A DNA stretch of 63,445 nucleotides, counting the filler, from Phoronis australis (taxonomy: Eukaryota; Animalia; Phoronida): NCBI GenBank assembly GCA_002633005.1. It is 5 parts of 5 records of this genome, joined end to end, with 100 filler letters (N's around TTAATTAATTAA, not from the genome) between each part and the next. Parts side by side here need not be neighbours in the genome. Positions count along the whole stretch, not along the records: positions 24,533 to 38,694 come from NMRA01000336.1; 4 more parts are not named here. The stretch is one strand, 5' to 3'. The stretch's first letter is position 1. The number at the start of each line of letters is the position of its first letter. Shown piece after piece: positions 24,533 to 37,437 of the stretch. The notes below the pieces were generated by a model. It did not search any database, was not told the DNA's origin, and was given only the letters and a program-made list of their open reading frames with translations. The position numbers and the translations under genes were made by a program.

Positions 24533-27500
24533 CCCCCCCTTCCTTGAGAATGCCATAAGTCTGTAAGGCACTCCACTGACTTTCGATAGTCAGTGAAAGG
24601 GTTTGGCCCCTTGAAGAGGCCACAAGTCTGTGTAAGGAACTCCACTGACTGTCTGTTTACTTGAAGGTACTCACTGTCAATAATCAGTGAAAAGGTTTGA
24701 CCTTCCTTCCTTGAGGATGCCTTGAGAACTTTATTTATCTGCCCATCATACATACCTTTATGTGTTCATATCAAGACAACTTTGGAAATAAATATTGCAG
24801 TTGTCGTTTCCGGCATAGCATGAACTTTCCTGCATGGCTCAAGACAAGGTCTACATTTTGTTACATTGTTGTGGAAAGTATGTTTGATTTCTATTTACTG
24901 TATGAAGCTTGTATTAAAATTTTTGTTTATCATACTTTTCATCAATACATATTTGAAATGATGTTGTTTATCTTTAATTTTTTAAGTAATGCATTTTGAC
25001 AAAGTTAAGTAAGTCGCAAACTGCATGTCAACAAAAAAGTCACAAAATAATATTAATAATTTGCCCAAACCAATTATCAGATTTCAACTTCCCTAATGAA
25101 AAATCTTGAAATGATACTAGCTTATTTTTTTTTTCTTGAGTAATTGTTATTTTATGCCAATTTGAAACGACAAAATTGAACGTACTGACTTTTCTTCGTC
25201 GACTTTGTTGACTTTAAGGTCAATATCTTCGCACAGGAATGTCCAATCGGAATGTTCTTTTTTGCAAATTATTCATCATAAAATTTTCTTTGAAATGATG
25301 TATAACATGTCTGTCTAGGTTACGTAGATTTGTAACCATTATGTTTCAAACTCACAAATTTGATTTGACAGAATTTTTACCACAAAATTTTACACAAAAA
25401 CACCATTTTCTCCGGAACCGTATGTCCGATTTAAAAATTTTTTGCACCGTTCTTTTAGTCTTGTAGAGAGCTTTCTCGTGATGTATATTACATGCACATT
25501 TTCTAAAATTTTTGAAAAATGCTGTTCTCCCTATTAATTGGCAGGGAAGTGGTGATTTTGGGGTGAAAAGTGCCAATTTTTTGCCCTTATTTTTCTTAGT
25601 TCAGCTTGGTTTTCACTGGGAGTGAAAGGGTCAAAAATACAACTGAGTACAAAGTTTCCGTGCTCATCTGTTAAGGGCTTGTGATGTGAAATGACTCAAA
25701 ACTTTTCTTTATTTGCATGCAGTTTGGACAGAGTGAAGAAAGGGTGAATAGTCCATTGACGTATGTTCTGATAGGCAAATCCCTGTGAGAACTGTTCAGT
25801 GCCTCCTTAATTCCATTCTTCGAGTGATAAAAGTGTAGAGTAGAGCACCTTTTTCAGCACCTTCATGTGATTGGCTAAAACGTGAGAAAAAGAAATACTA
25901 ATATTGGTTGAAATAATCATTACAACGTTAAGAAATTTTGTCTCTTCTAAAAGAGGGGAGTTTCCTTTACATTGGATGATGCAGAATTATAGCATTTATA
26001 TTATTTGTGTATATTTGTGCTAATAAATTGATAAAATTGATCAGAGTGCCTTGTATTTTTCAAGAAAATTTCCGTGCTCTTTTGCTTCTGGAATTACGAT
26101 TACGAGGTGCTCTATTTTGCTCATGGCAGAGACCGTTAGCGTCTTTGCTCATGGAAAAGAATTCGAAAAGGTGCTCCAGTTTCTACATTCCAATAGCCGG
26201 ATATGACACTAGTAACTTGCAAGGTTCTGTCACAGCTGTAAATAGGTGCTCTTGCATATTTTGCTTAAGTCTAAAAAGGTACCTTTGTTTACAATGGTAG
26301 CAAGTGGTGTACATTCCAATGCCAGAAATATTAAACACACAGGTTTCATGTAGTGAACACATCCACTACCACAAGAATTGGAAACAGTAGGAACACCACA
26401 TTTATCCACCTTCACTCTTATCAGGCTTCTATTGTGAGTCAGCATGCGTGAATAATTGGCTGATAAGCCACCTATGGAACTACTTTTGGCTGAATGGATG
26501 ACCAGGCCATAAAATGATAATTAGCCAAGACCAGTTAAATAATGCAACAAAGAATAATGTCATAACATCACCTAGCCTTGGTGGAAATATACTGTATTAA
26601 TTGGCTCTAATAAACGCTTAGAAAAATTCATTTCACAGGGAGGGGACGCTTATTGTAGACTAAGGCAGTTGAAACCCGGTTTCCGAAACTGGTAAAATCG
26701 GAAGCTAGGATTCATCAAATTTACGCCCTGTGACGTATTTGTAGCCTATGACAGTCTTTCTACAAAATTGTGGTGCATTGCTATCGAACTCCATTGTTAA
26801 ATTACGATCATTTTAAAAAAAATTGTGCTGAAATCCCAGGGCGAAAACTTGCCGACTGATATGTCGCCGAATCGCGATCGTCGATAGGAAAACTTGAATT
26901 CTTGAATAAAAATATAGTTTTGACTCAACAAATTACCTGAAATCTTCGTATGTTTTACAATTTTTAAAGTTCATGTGGAGTCCAGATTAATTGCGATCAA
27001 GCCCAAATCTGTGCTACATCGTACCCACAACGCGAGAAAAATCTCTAGATGAACACACATGTGGTTGTCATGTGACGTTTATTTTGAAGTTCGTCTGTGT
27101 ATGAGAGTGAGTGAGGGAGCACGTGCGGGTCATCGACAACAGACTTTTTTGTTACAAAAGGCGGAGGATTACGCATGAAATGGCATTTATTAGATTGTTC
27201 TTCACTTAAATGGCTGCAACATGCAAGGTGAGTGCCGGTTAACTCACAGATTTTGTGTGCACAGGCCGACGGTCGTTAGCTGTACCGTGGAGTAAAACAT
27301 TAATAGTTTCAATCTACAGGTTGGGGATGAAGTGACGAGGTGAAGTACCCTGGCTGTGTGAAATTTCTGGGTCTAACGGAGACACTGACGCAGTGATCAG
27401 CCAGCTCGCAGTATCAAAACTATCTCAAAACTATCGTCAAAATCCAAATTTTGTGTTATCGTGTCCCTGTCAATAACTGAATAACGACATGCTAAAGTTT

Positions 27501-27786
27501 CTTAATGTTCATACTTCAGGAACATAACAATCACGTGTTTTGTATACATACGCGCACACCGCAGATCACGTCTCGGAAATTTCCAATTTGACAGATGACA
27601 ATGAATGAGCACAATGAAATTAAACAACGTCGTTTTACAGCTTGTAAGAGTTACAATAAACGTATTTTGAATATTGCAATGCACGTGTTCCAAAATCTAA
27701 TTAACTTGGGTCCTATATTTTTGTATTCGGGCACGCCGATCAAAGTAATCGTGAGTGTTGCTGTGTTGCTAAATCTCTTATGATTC

Positions 27787-28100
27787 TGGACCGATTTGAA
27801 AAATTCAAAGTTGTACCATCATTTTTTTTTCTCTTTCAAATATTACACTCAAAACTATGTAAAATGCTCTCTGTAAAAAGTACGGTCATCTAGGCTAGAT
27901 TGTAATCAGCTGATCGTATCCGCATGAGCGAAGCCAATTATCTTCACTCTTGGCTCGATGAATAGAGCAGCTAGGCGGGATCCCTTTGAACGTGAGCCTA
28001 GGTGGATAAATACGGTCTAGTTCAATCGGCCAAACCCCACAGTTTTCCCTGATCAGTGGGGTTTGACAAGTTCTCGTTTAGTGGGAGTGTTTGTAGCATG
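27787..28100 (+). repeat. Dispersed repeat, homologous to 53928-54260
   Basis: Shared CCGATTTGAAAAATTCAAAGTTGTAC ... GCTAGATTGTAATCAGCTGATC ... GGTGGATAAATACGGTCTAGTTCAAT ... TTTAGTGGGA.TGTT..TAGCATG. Confidence 0.85.
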
Positions 28101-29830
28101 TTCCTCTGTCTTCACAAAGGACGATGGTACAGATACACCTGACATGGGCACAAGCCCCTACAACTCCATGCATGATATAACCTTCTCTACTGACGGCATA
28201 CGCAAAATGTTGCAAAACCTCAATCCTCACAAAGCCGCTGCACCAGACGAAATATCTCACATTCTTATAGTAGCAGCAGAAGAAATTGCACCTGTCCTCC
28301 AAATCCTATCAAACATCTACAGTTCCGACAGTATGGCGAACTGCAAACGTAGCACCCATCTTCAAAAAAGATGATAAAACCCTTACTTCAAACTACCGCC
28401 CAATATCACTCACCTGCATATGTTCCAAACTTATGGAGCACATAGTTGTCAGTAACATTATGCCTCATCTTGACACAAATAACATACTTTACACCTGGCA
28501 GCATGGTTTTTGTCGCCATAGATCTTGTGAAACACAACTTGTCATATTCCTAGATGACCTCCTCCAAACTATGGAGGCAGGCATTCAAACCGACACTGTG
28601 GTACTGGACTTCTCCAAAGCCTTTGATAAGTTATACCATCCTAGACTCTTGGAGAAGATCAGATACCACGGTATAAGGGGTCTCGCCCACAATTGGATCC
28701 AGTCATTTCTATCCCATAGAACACAGAGTCATCGTTGATGGCGAGTTCTCAAATTCCTCCCCAGTCCAATTAGGAATGCCCCAGGGCTCTGTCCTTGGCC
28801 CTGCACTCTTCATACTCTGCATAAACGACCTTCCTGACACTATTCTTTCTAATGTCCATCTTTTTGCTGATGATGCAGTTCCCTACAGACCCACTGGTTC
28901 CCCCCACGATTGCCAAATTCTTCAACAAGACTTAGACTCCCTAGCCTCTTGGGAAAACTCCTGGAAAATGAACTTTATTATCTTTAAATGCAATATTCTT
29001 TGTATCCACAGAAAATGTTCCCCCATAATATACAATTACAGCCTACACAACGCTTCACTCAAATGCATTAATGAAGCCCCATACCTCGGGGTCACTCTCA
29101 CCAATAATTTATCATGGAACACTCATATAGACACAATCACCTCAAAGGCAAACAACACTCTTGGCTTCATTAAACGAAATCTCAAATATGCTCCTCAAAA
29201 AACAAAAGCCCTTGCCTTCACTTCACTTGTTAGACCAAAACTAGAATACTCCTCCTCCGTCTGGGACCCATCCACTCGTACAAACATTGAAGAAATAGAA
29301 AAAATACAGCGTAGAGCAGCCAGGTTCGTTCTAAATGACCACTCGAGGTACTCCTCCATTTCATCCATGCTCAAAACTCTCAATTGGCCCACTCTCCAGG
29401 AAAGACGAGCTCAGAACAAACTATCCCGTCTGTACAAGACCGTACATAACCTGGTTGCTATTCCTCACTCATACCTTCCACTCCTACAGACTTCCAGATC
29501 ACGAAACTCTCACTCTCATACCTTTGAGAGATTATACATCCGCACCGCATACTATGCAAACTCTTTCTTTCCATCTACCATTCTACTCTGGAATAGACTC
29601 CCACAATTCGCCATCTCATCGGAAACAATAGAAATATTCACAAGTCACATCTTGAACATCAGTCTTACACATTAATCATTAAGACCTTTTTTTCTTGGCA
29701 CTAACCAGCACTTCGTTTTATCGTTTTTTCTCACAGTTACGTGCACCTAAGTTTTATACTAACAATGCGCCATCAAGTATCGATCGATACCATGTTCGTT
29801 TGTTGTGTTTGGAAGAAGAAGAAGAAGAAG
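28101..29830 (+). mobile_element. 5'-truncated non-LTR retrotransposon (LINE; RTE-X/CR1-group-like) with frameshifted reverse transcriptase and (GAA)n tail
   Basis: RT motifs SNYRPISLT, QHGF, SCETQL, LDFSKAFD, PQGSVLGP, LFADD, YLGV, NSFFPSTI..WNRLP; frameshifts between the three ORF pieces; short 3' UTR ending in GAAGAAGAA at 29812-29830. Confidence 0.93.
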
Positions 29831-30109
29831 CTTCTCACAGGCATTTGTAACTATTGTTAATGTTGTACCTCACACAAGGTGCTTGCATTTAAACATTGTT
29901 ATAGCACAGGCACCTCTAATCTGCTGCGCGACGATGTACTATAGGGTCGATGATGTACTGTGGCTGCATGACTAAAGGTGTGCTGGCCATAGCTAAAGCA
30001 TGGGTGGTGCAATTAAGCATAGGGGTCTGGGGGCTATAACCCCCACTTTTTTCAATGCGGCACAGGAGGGCTCGGGGGTTATAGCCCCCCAACTTTTTTC
30101 AATGCTGTG

Positions 30110-31060
30110 GCTCCCATGTAAAGGTGCTCCCATTTTTATGTTCTCGTAGCATAAGGCACTCCCATTTTGACATTCTCGTGACATAAGATGCCCCCATTTT
30201 GACATTCTCATGGCGTAAGGTGTTCCCATTTTGACATTCTCATGGCATGAGGTGCTCCCATTTTGACATTCTCATGGCATTAGGTGCTCCCATTTTGACA
30301 TTCTCGTGACATAAGGTGCTCCCATTTTGACATTCTCATGGCGTAAGGTGCTCCCATTTTGACATTCTCGTGGCATTTAAGGTGCTCCCATTTTGACATT
30401 CTTGTGACATAAGGTGCTCCCATTTTGACATTCTCGTGACATAAGGTGCCCCCATTTCGTTATTCTCATGGCATAAGGTGCTCCCATTTTGACATTGTTA
30501 TGGCATTAGGTGGTCCCATTTTGACATTCTCAAGACATAAGGGGCTCCCATTTTGACATTCTCATGGTGTAAGGTGCTCCCATTTTGACATTCCATGACA
30601 TAAGGTGCTCCCATTTTGACATTCTCATGACATAAGGTTCTCCCATTTTGACATTCTCATGGCATAAGGTGCTACCATTTTGACATTCTCCTGGATTAAG
30701 TTGGTCATGTTTTGACATTCTCATGGCATAAAATGATCCCATTTTGACATTTTCATGATGTAAGTTGCTCTAATTTTGACATTTGCAATATATGAGGTGC
30801 TCTCATTTCGACATTCTCATGGCATTTAAAGTGTTCCCATTTTGACATTCTTGTGGCACAAGGTGCTCCAGTTTTGACATTCTCATGACATAAGGTGCTC
30901 CCATTTTGACATTCTCATAGTGTAAGTTGTTCCAATTTTTACATTCTCATGATATAAGGTGCTTCCATTTTGACATTCTCATGGCGTAAGGTGCTACCAT
31001 CTTGACATTCTCTTGACATAGGGTGGTCCTCGTTTGACATTCTTATGGCTTAAGTTGCTC
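30110..31060. repeat. 32-bp minisatellite array, about 30 copies (consensus ATAAGGTGCTCCCATTTTGACATTCTCATGGC)
   Basis: Head-to-tail units with no unique spacers; divergence increases toward the right end. Confidence 0.95.
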
Positions 31061-32159
31061 ACACAATCAGGTAGCTTTGAAAGGATGTTTCTGTTAAAAA
31101 TGTGCAGCATGTAGTTGTTTGAGAATTGTTTAAAATTATTGCCGTAGCATAAGGTGATGTTCTTTTGATATTCCTATATTGTCATTTATGGGGTAGTTTG
31201 ATTTTAATGGTTCATCTCAATTTCAGATTCAACTTCATCATCGGGGATTTTACAATAGACCTCTGATAGTATCCAGTGAAACTGAGGAATAATGATATCC
31301 ATAAAAAGGCAACAAGAGGAGTGTGTCAAAGACAGGTATAACTATGAACATAATTGAAAGTGCTATTGCATTCACTTGTGACAATGGCCAAGCAGAAATG
31401 ACAGCATGTGTCATATATGTATAGCAAACATATCTTGAAAAAGGGCTCTTGTTTTAGGAAGCTAATGAGGAAGACGAAAAAATCTCAACCCTGCATGGGT
31501 TTTTAATTCTTCAGGGAACAAATGAAATGAAATGACTTTGAATTGGCATTTTCAGATCCAGTTTTGTCTCTCTTTCATAGATGACTATCTGTTTCAATTG
31601 ATATTTTTTGTGATCATCTTAAATATGGAACATGTGCCCTAACCCCCCCCCCCTTCAGACTATTTGGAATGGTCAAAAATTCTAAAAAATTTACTTTTTC
31701 TTAAGGCAAGAGTTGGGCAGTGTTACAGTGTTGAAACCATTGAGCAATGGCAGACACATTTTAGCTTACTTTCATCCATCAAAGTGACCAGGTGAGAGGT
31801 TTTATAATCATCTTTACCAAAAACCTTGGATATACGTAAACAATCTCACCAATCTTTTATATCCTGACTTTCAGCTGATATGATTGCCAAGTCGCACTTC
31901 TAAATTCATTAAGATGACGAAATCTCATTTTCTATTGTCAAGTTATCAAGATTGCCATCAGCTATGTTTACTAATTGTTGGCTTTCACCTGCCAAGAAGA
32001 CTTCGCCTTTTTTCATGTTAAGATTATTTTCAAGTCTCGCCCAGTCTTTACATTAAAAAATGTTGCCAATCATCTTCAAAAATATAAAATTTAACTCAAT
32101 TCCCTGTTGCCATAGAAAAATGAGAATGTAATCCATTAGTATGGCATGCTGCTGACGGT

Positions 32160-32420
32160 TTTATATTTTTTGGTTATGTTGGGTTAAGTTGCTGCCATAA
32201 TCATTCTGTGTTGGTCTTACGTGGTCAGTCAACATTGCTTTGTGAGTTTTCCATTTTGGTAATTTCATGTTTAAATTGTTCATGAAAAGGGGGATTGAGG
32301 TGTAATTTAATACAGTTTCATGAATTTTATTATGCGCCCACATATTTATATGTGGACGCATTATTTCAGGAATTTGTTGTGTACTTCAAAGAATGCTGCC
32401 CTTGGATTCACCTATTTTCC
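32160..32420 (-). mobile_element. Possible ancient LINE reverse transcriptase relic
   Basis: Minus-strand IGESKGSIL* resembles GVPQGSIL, and downstream LPKWKTH resembles LxWxxH. Heavily decayed. Confidence 0.3.
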
Positions 32421-32579
32421 TGTTTACCTTTACGAAGAAAAGAAATGACAGTAAGGAAACATTGACTCAACTTGACATATCTGATACTACACCCAGGTCT
32501 TACTTTTAATTGTGATTGTGTATTTTTAATCAAATACAGTGCAAGCTTGTTGAGCTGTATTTTTGGTTTTTATGTGTTG

Positions 32580-33760
32580 ACACATTTACATGTGGGTACA
32601 TCTTGCCATCATCTTTGTACGGACATCGAGCGTCCATAGCTGTATCTCCCAAACTCCTGACAAGATCTTGATGAGGTTTGTCAGGTGTGTCCCTATGAAG
32701 CTGATGGCAAATGGCATCAACATTTGGACTGATCTGACTACAGCTTTGCCTCTCCTTGTGGCAATTTTAGTTATTCACAATTGCCTCTCTATCTTCGTCA
32801 TTCTTGGATGGAGTTTCATGGAATTTAGCATGTAGGTTTTTATTATGAAAGTGACTACATCTTTACATTTTTGGACATTTTTGATGATTCTGCAAAACCT
32901 AGTGGATGTTCTTTCAGTTCTGGAGCTTGTTTTTTTGGCGTCTGCCTTTCTACATGCTAAACCACTTGAAAGATGATGGAATTTGCAGGTGTGTTTCGGA
33001 TGAGGAGACAGTAGTTGATGTTTATTTTCAGGCATGTTTGACTACTCGGTCACCTCTTAGTGGAGATTTTGTTTCATTGTTCATCCACGGCAGCTGTACC
33101 TCCTTACACCTTTGCAAGCGAAAATTTGGCAGATGTGTTTCTATGGAGTTGACAGCAAGTGATGACAATTTTCAGCCCAATCTGACCATTGGTGTGCCCC
33201 TAGTGATATGTTTTCCTTTGTGTCTTTGGAATTCATTGAAGGATTTTCGTGAAACTTGGTAAATAGGTTTCTATGAAGGTGATGACAATGTCTTTTCATT
33301 TCCGCACAGGTTTGTCATATTGTGCTCCTCCTAGTGGGGATTTTTAACACTTTGGGAGTCCAATTTCGGCGTCTGTCTTTCTATTTGTTAAACTAATTGG
33401 AGGATCATTGTAAAAAATTGGCAAATATGTTTCTGATGAGAAGGCCACTTCAGACATTGGTATCCGGATTTGTTCCACTAGTTTGGTTCCCCCAAGTGGT
33501 GTTGTTCTTAACCTTTTTGGACATTTGTGCAATATGGCGGATGTGTTCCTATAGAGCTGACAACTTTTTATGACCCTTGTCAGACACATTTGGCTACCAC
33601 TGTGCCCCCTATTGGCACTTTTAGCTGTATACCTTTGCCTCTGTAGTTTTGGAGTTCATCGATAGATTTTTGTGCAATTTGGTAAATAGTTTTCTATTAG
33701 CAGATTATGACAATCTTCTATTTTCGTGTGGATGTAAATTTGCATCACCTACTGGCAATT
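32580..33760 (+). repeat. Degenerate internally repetitive element, HINE-like
   Basis: Recurring GGATTTTCGTGAAACTTGGTAAATAGGTTTCT-like motifs at about 33241, 33402 and 33665, and TGTGCCCC/TCCTAGTGG motifs. Confidence 0.45.
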
Positions 33761-33830
33761 TTTATTTTTTTTTAAGTGCCTTTTTGTTCCAGACAAGAAG
33801 TCTTTGATTTGTGATTGTTCCTGGTGGCAT

Positions 33831-36800
33831 TTTTACTTGGAGGAATTCTTTGAATTCCGACAAGTATGTTGCTCTGTCGTCAATTTTTTTTGTTCGCACT
33901 GTACAGGTCGCAATTTTCGTCCGATTCTCACGAAATTTGCACACAACGTGTAGATTGGAAATTCCTGGAAGTCTATCATTTTTGGTCATGATCGGATTCA
34001 AAATGGCGGACGTGGTGGCCATTTTGTTTCCGATTTCATATTCAAATGCTCATAGAGGCCGCATTTTTTGACGTACAGAGCTGAAACTTGGTACGATTAT
34101 TACAGAACACGTGCTACAACTGTGCGGAAAAACGTTGACTTCCGGTTAAAGATGGCGGAAATATTGACAATGGCGCATGCACACCTCAATATCTGGCCAA
34201 AAACGTTTTCTCCTGTAGAGGGCGCATTGCCGAACCAATCACTTTCAAACTGGTCACGTGTTTGTTGCTACTGATCAGCTTTTATAAAATTTTGTTTAAC
34301 CGGAAGTCACTTTCAAGATGGCGGCTGTGGCGCATTTTTACCCATTTCCAACCGTTCTGCTGTTGCATTTTTAACGGGAAGAGCAAATGACGTGAATTTT
34401 TGCATGTGGATTCCTTGAAGTATGCTCTTTCAAAAGCTCTGCGATAACAGTTTTCTCCGTCTTACCGTTTTCGAGTTATTTGACTTTGAATTTCAAAAAA
34501 ACGCAAAAATTCAATTTTTTTGAAAAATTTATGCAATGTTGCGAATCAATTTAGATAGTTTTTGACAGGCTTCCACAAGATATTTTCCATTTTTCGCTAC
34601 AACGTCTACTTTTTGAATTATTCGAGATTTTCTGATACCGCTGTTCCTTTGTTGACAGCTCTTACTGCACTGATGTTGGTTTAGCTTCTGTTGAACAAGA
34701 CTATGGAAGAAATTGCTTGATTCCTTGAAGTATGCTCTTTCAAAACTTCTCTGATAATGTTTTTCTCAGGCCTACCGTTTTAGAGTTAGTTGACTCTGAA
34801 TTTCAAAAAAAAACGCAAAATTTCAAGTTTTTCGAAAAATTTATGGAATGTTGCAAAACTATCAAGTTAGATAAAGTTCTAGACGGGATTTCAGAAGATA
34901 TTTTCTATTTTTCGCTACGACATCTACTTTTTGAATTATTCGAGATTTTCTGACAGCGCTGTTCCTTTGTTGACAGCTCTTGCTGCACTGATATTGGTCT
35001 AGCTTCTGTTGAACAAGACCATGAAGACATTGTTCATAGAGGCCGCATTTTTCGATGTGCAGGGCTGAACATTGGTACGGTTATTATAAGCACTACAACT
35101 GCGCCGTAAATTTTTATCTTCCGGTCAAAGATGGCAGAAATATCGGCAAGGGCGCATGCGCACCTCGATAACTGGCCAAAAACTTTTCTCCTATAGAGGG
35201 CGCATTGGTGAACCTGTCACGTTTTTCCCCGTGTGTGGGTGGGCGCAGGTTGTTACAGACCGGTGCTAATAGCTTTCGGTGCGAAGATTGACTGAAGACT
35301 GGTTCGAGTTAATCCTTTATTAATCCCGACCGTACGTTCACAAGCCTACTCAAACAAAACGTCCGACGTAATGTCTGTTTATGCTCCAGCCAGTGCTGCG
35401 AAGCCTTGACTTGTATTGAACTTCTGAGATACTTCCAGCAACTGTTACACTCGATTCAATAACCTGCTGTCCCTATAGCTGGCTCTCTATTGACTATCGC
35501 TGTAACTGCTGATTCTCTTCACTGCAACTCAACTGTAGTTCTCCTGATTAACTTACTTGAACTGACTTGATCTTCTCTTGAACTGACGTGATCTTTTCGT
35601 ACTCAACTCAACTTAATCTGACTAACACAAACCCATGCTTGTGTATTTATAGCCTAATGCATTGTTCTGGAACTTTTCATCAATTCAAGCACATACCAGA
35701 ACTTTCTGGAACCTACCCAATCATTCTACAAACATGTACTAGTCTCTAGAATATTCCGGACTTCATCAATCACTGTCATGCTAGAGTCTTCTAGAAAGTT
35801 CCACACTATACTGTAGTAAACAAATTACATCATCATTGTACTTAACTCAGGGGTCATGCAAATCAAACTGAATAACAAAACAAAACAATACAACTAATAA
35901 TACTGTCAGACTATATTCTGACAGAACCAATCATTTTCAAACTGGTCACGTGTTTGTTGCATTTGATCAGCTTTTCTAAATTTTGTCAAACCGGAAGTCA
36001 TTTTCAAGATGGCTGCTCTGGCTCATTTTCAACTGTTTTCAACCGTTCTATGGTCGCATTTTTAACGGGAAAAGCAAATAATGTGAATTTTTGCATGTTG
36101 ATTCCTTGAAGTATGCTCTTCCAAAAGTTCTGCGATAACGTTTTTCTCAGACTTACCGTTTTCGAGTTATTTGACGCAAAATTTCAATTTTTTCGAAAAA
36201 ATTATGGAATGTTGCGAAACTATCAATTTAGATAGAATTTGGAACGGGCTTTCAGACGATGTTTTTCATTTTTCGCTAGGATGTCTACTTTTCGAATTAT
36301 TTGAGATTTTCTGATAGCGCTGTTCCTTTGTTGAGCGCTCTTACTGCATTGATGTTGGTTTAGTTTATTTGAACAAGACTGTAGCTTATTTCTTACTAAT
36401 TTATGACATCTAAGTTAGTCGTATGAATGTGATGCTGTTGTTCATCATCACCACCTTCATCATCGCAATCATCATCGTCGTTAATTTTGCCTATTGTCGC
36501 TCAAGACTGTAGGTAGCACTGAACAGTCAGGCCGCAGCCACGGAGCATTTTCTAGTCCCTAGAATTTATGTTGAGGGCGTGTGTCAGGTTTGGGGGGTGG
36601 TTTGAGGAAATTGTTGACAATAATTGCCAGGAAACTTATTTACTTGTGTTTTTGAATGCGAAAAGCCAAGTTTTACCTACTTTTGATGCAAACTGGTTGC
36701 TGTCATTTGCTATCAAACCCTGTCGTCTGCTGTTCGAGAAACCGGGTGCGATTTCAGGTGGCTGTCAGACAGATCAAATTTGCCAAAAAAGTAGCTGGTA

Positions 36801-37128
36801 AGAGGCTTACTATGACCACATAGTTAGAATCTAGTGAGGACGAGCATTCTGAATTTGTAGTCAGACTTTTTCTAGCACTTGCAGGGAAGTGGTTATTTCG
36901 GAGAGAAAATTGTCAAATTTGGCGTTTTTTGCAAATAGTTTTGTGTGCTGGGATTTTCTTGCCATGTGTAATAACCGATCAGAAATCTGTACAGTGCGAT
37001 AGGGTTTTAAACGGGCTTTCATAAGATATTTTTCATTTCTCGCTAATCGTCATGATCGTCGTCGACGTCCTTCCCATCGTCCTGTTTTCGCGTAATTTCG
37101 CCAAGTGTCGCTCCTCTGAGCGCTCTCG
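33831..37128 (+). mobile_element. Helentron-associated non-autonomous element (HINE/DINE-like), composite with internal tandem units and a nested solo LTR
   Basis: 5' subTIR with adjacent inverted repeat ACTTGGAGGAATTC-TTT-GAATTCCGACAAGT (33835-33865) after a T-run; 3' subTIR AATTTCGCCAAGT (37094-37106) followed by hairpin CGCTC-CTCT-GAGCG. Internal unit GATTCCTTGAAGTATGCTCTT repeats at about 34409, 34719 and 36100. Whether both ends belong to one insertion is uncertain. Confidence 0.65.
35215..35923 (-). mobile_element. Solo LTR (709 bp) with 5-bp TSD GAACC
   Basis: TGTCA...TGACA termini; GAACC at 35210-35214 and 35924-35928; the empty site is seen in the paralogous unit near 34231 (CGAACCAATCACTTTC). 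Minus-strand TATAAATA (~35650) lies upstream of AATAAA (~35320). Confidence 0.85.
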
Positions 37129-37365
37129 CACTGTTGCCAGTTTACCGGGTGCGTGAACAAGACTGCAGGGTATTTCAGTGGCGGATCTAGGATATCACAA
37201 GGGGGGGCCCAACATTTTGTCCAGCTGTAAACATTTGCGCAAACTGAACCACGATTGTAGATGTTTTGACCTCTAAAAATCAAGTATTTTCCTTGATTCC
37301 TGAAGTATTATCCAACAAGAAAAGGCAAAAAAAAACACGGAGAACGTGTCAAACAGGAAAAACTG

Positions 37366-37437
37366 CAAGTACCAAAGACTCGAACTCACGACCTTGCGCA
37401 TAGAGCGCGCGTGCGTTACCACTACACCACCACGATA
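37366..37437 (-). pseudogene. tRNA-like sequence (SINE head or pseudo-tRNA)
   Basis: Minus strand has A-box TGGTGTAGTGG, stem GCGC-GCTCTAT-GCGC and B-box GAGTTCGAGTC at tRNA spacing; acceptor and T stems are imperfect. Confidence 0.6.

Noticed and set aside
30110-31060. CRISPR-like array (32-bp period)
   Set aside because: Units are contiguous without unique spacers, no cas genes are present, and the context is eukaryotic.
33430-33460. Other CTGATGA occurrences (about 33433, 40775, 52580) as hammerheads
   Set aside because: No stem II followed by GAAA at the required spacing.
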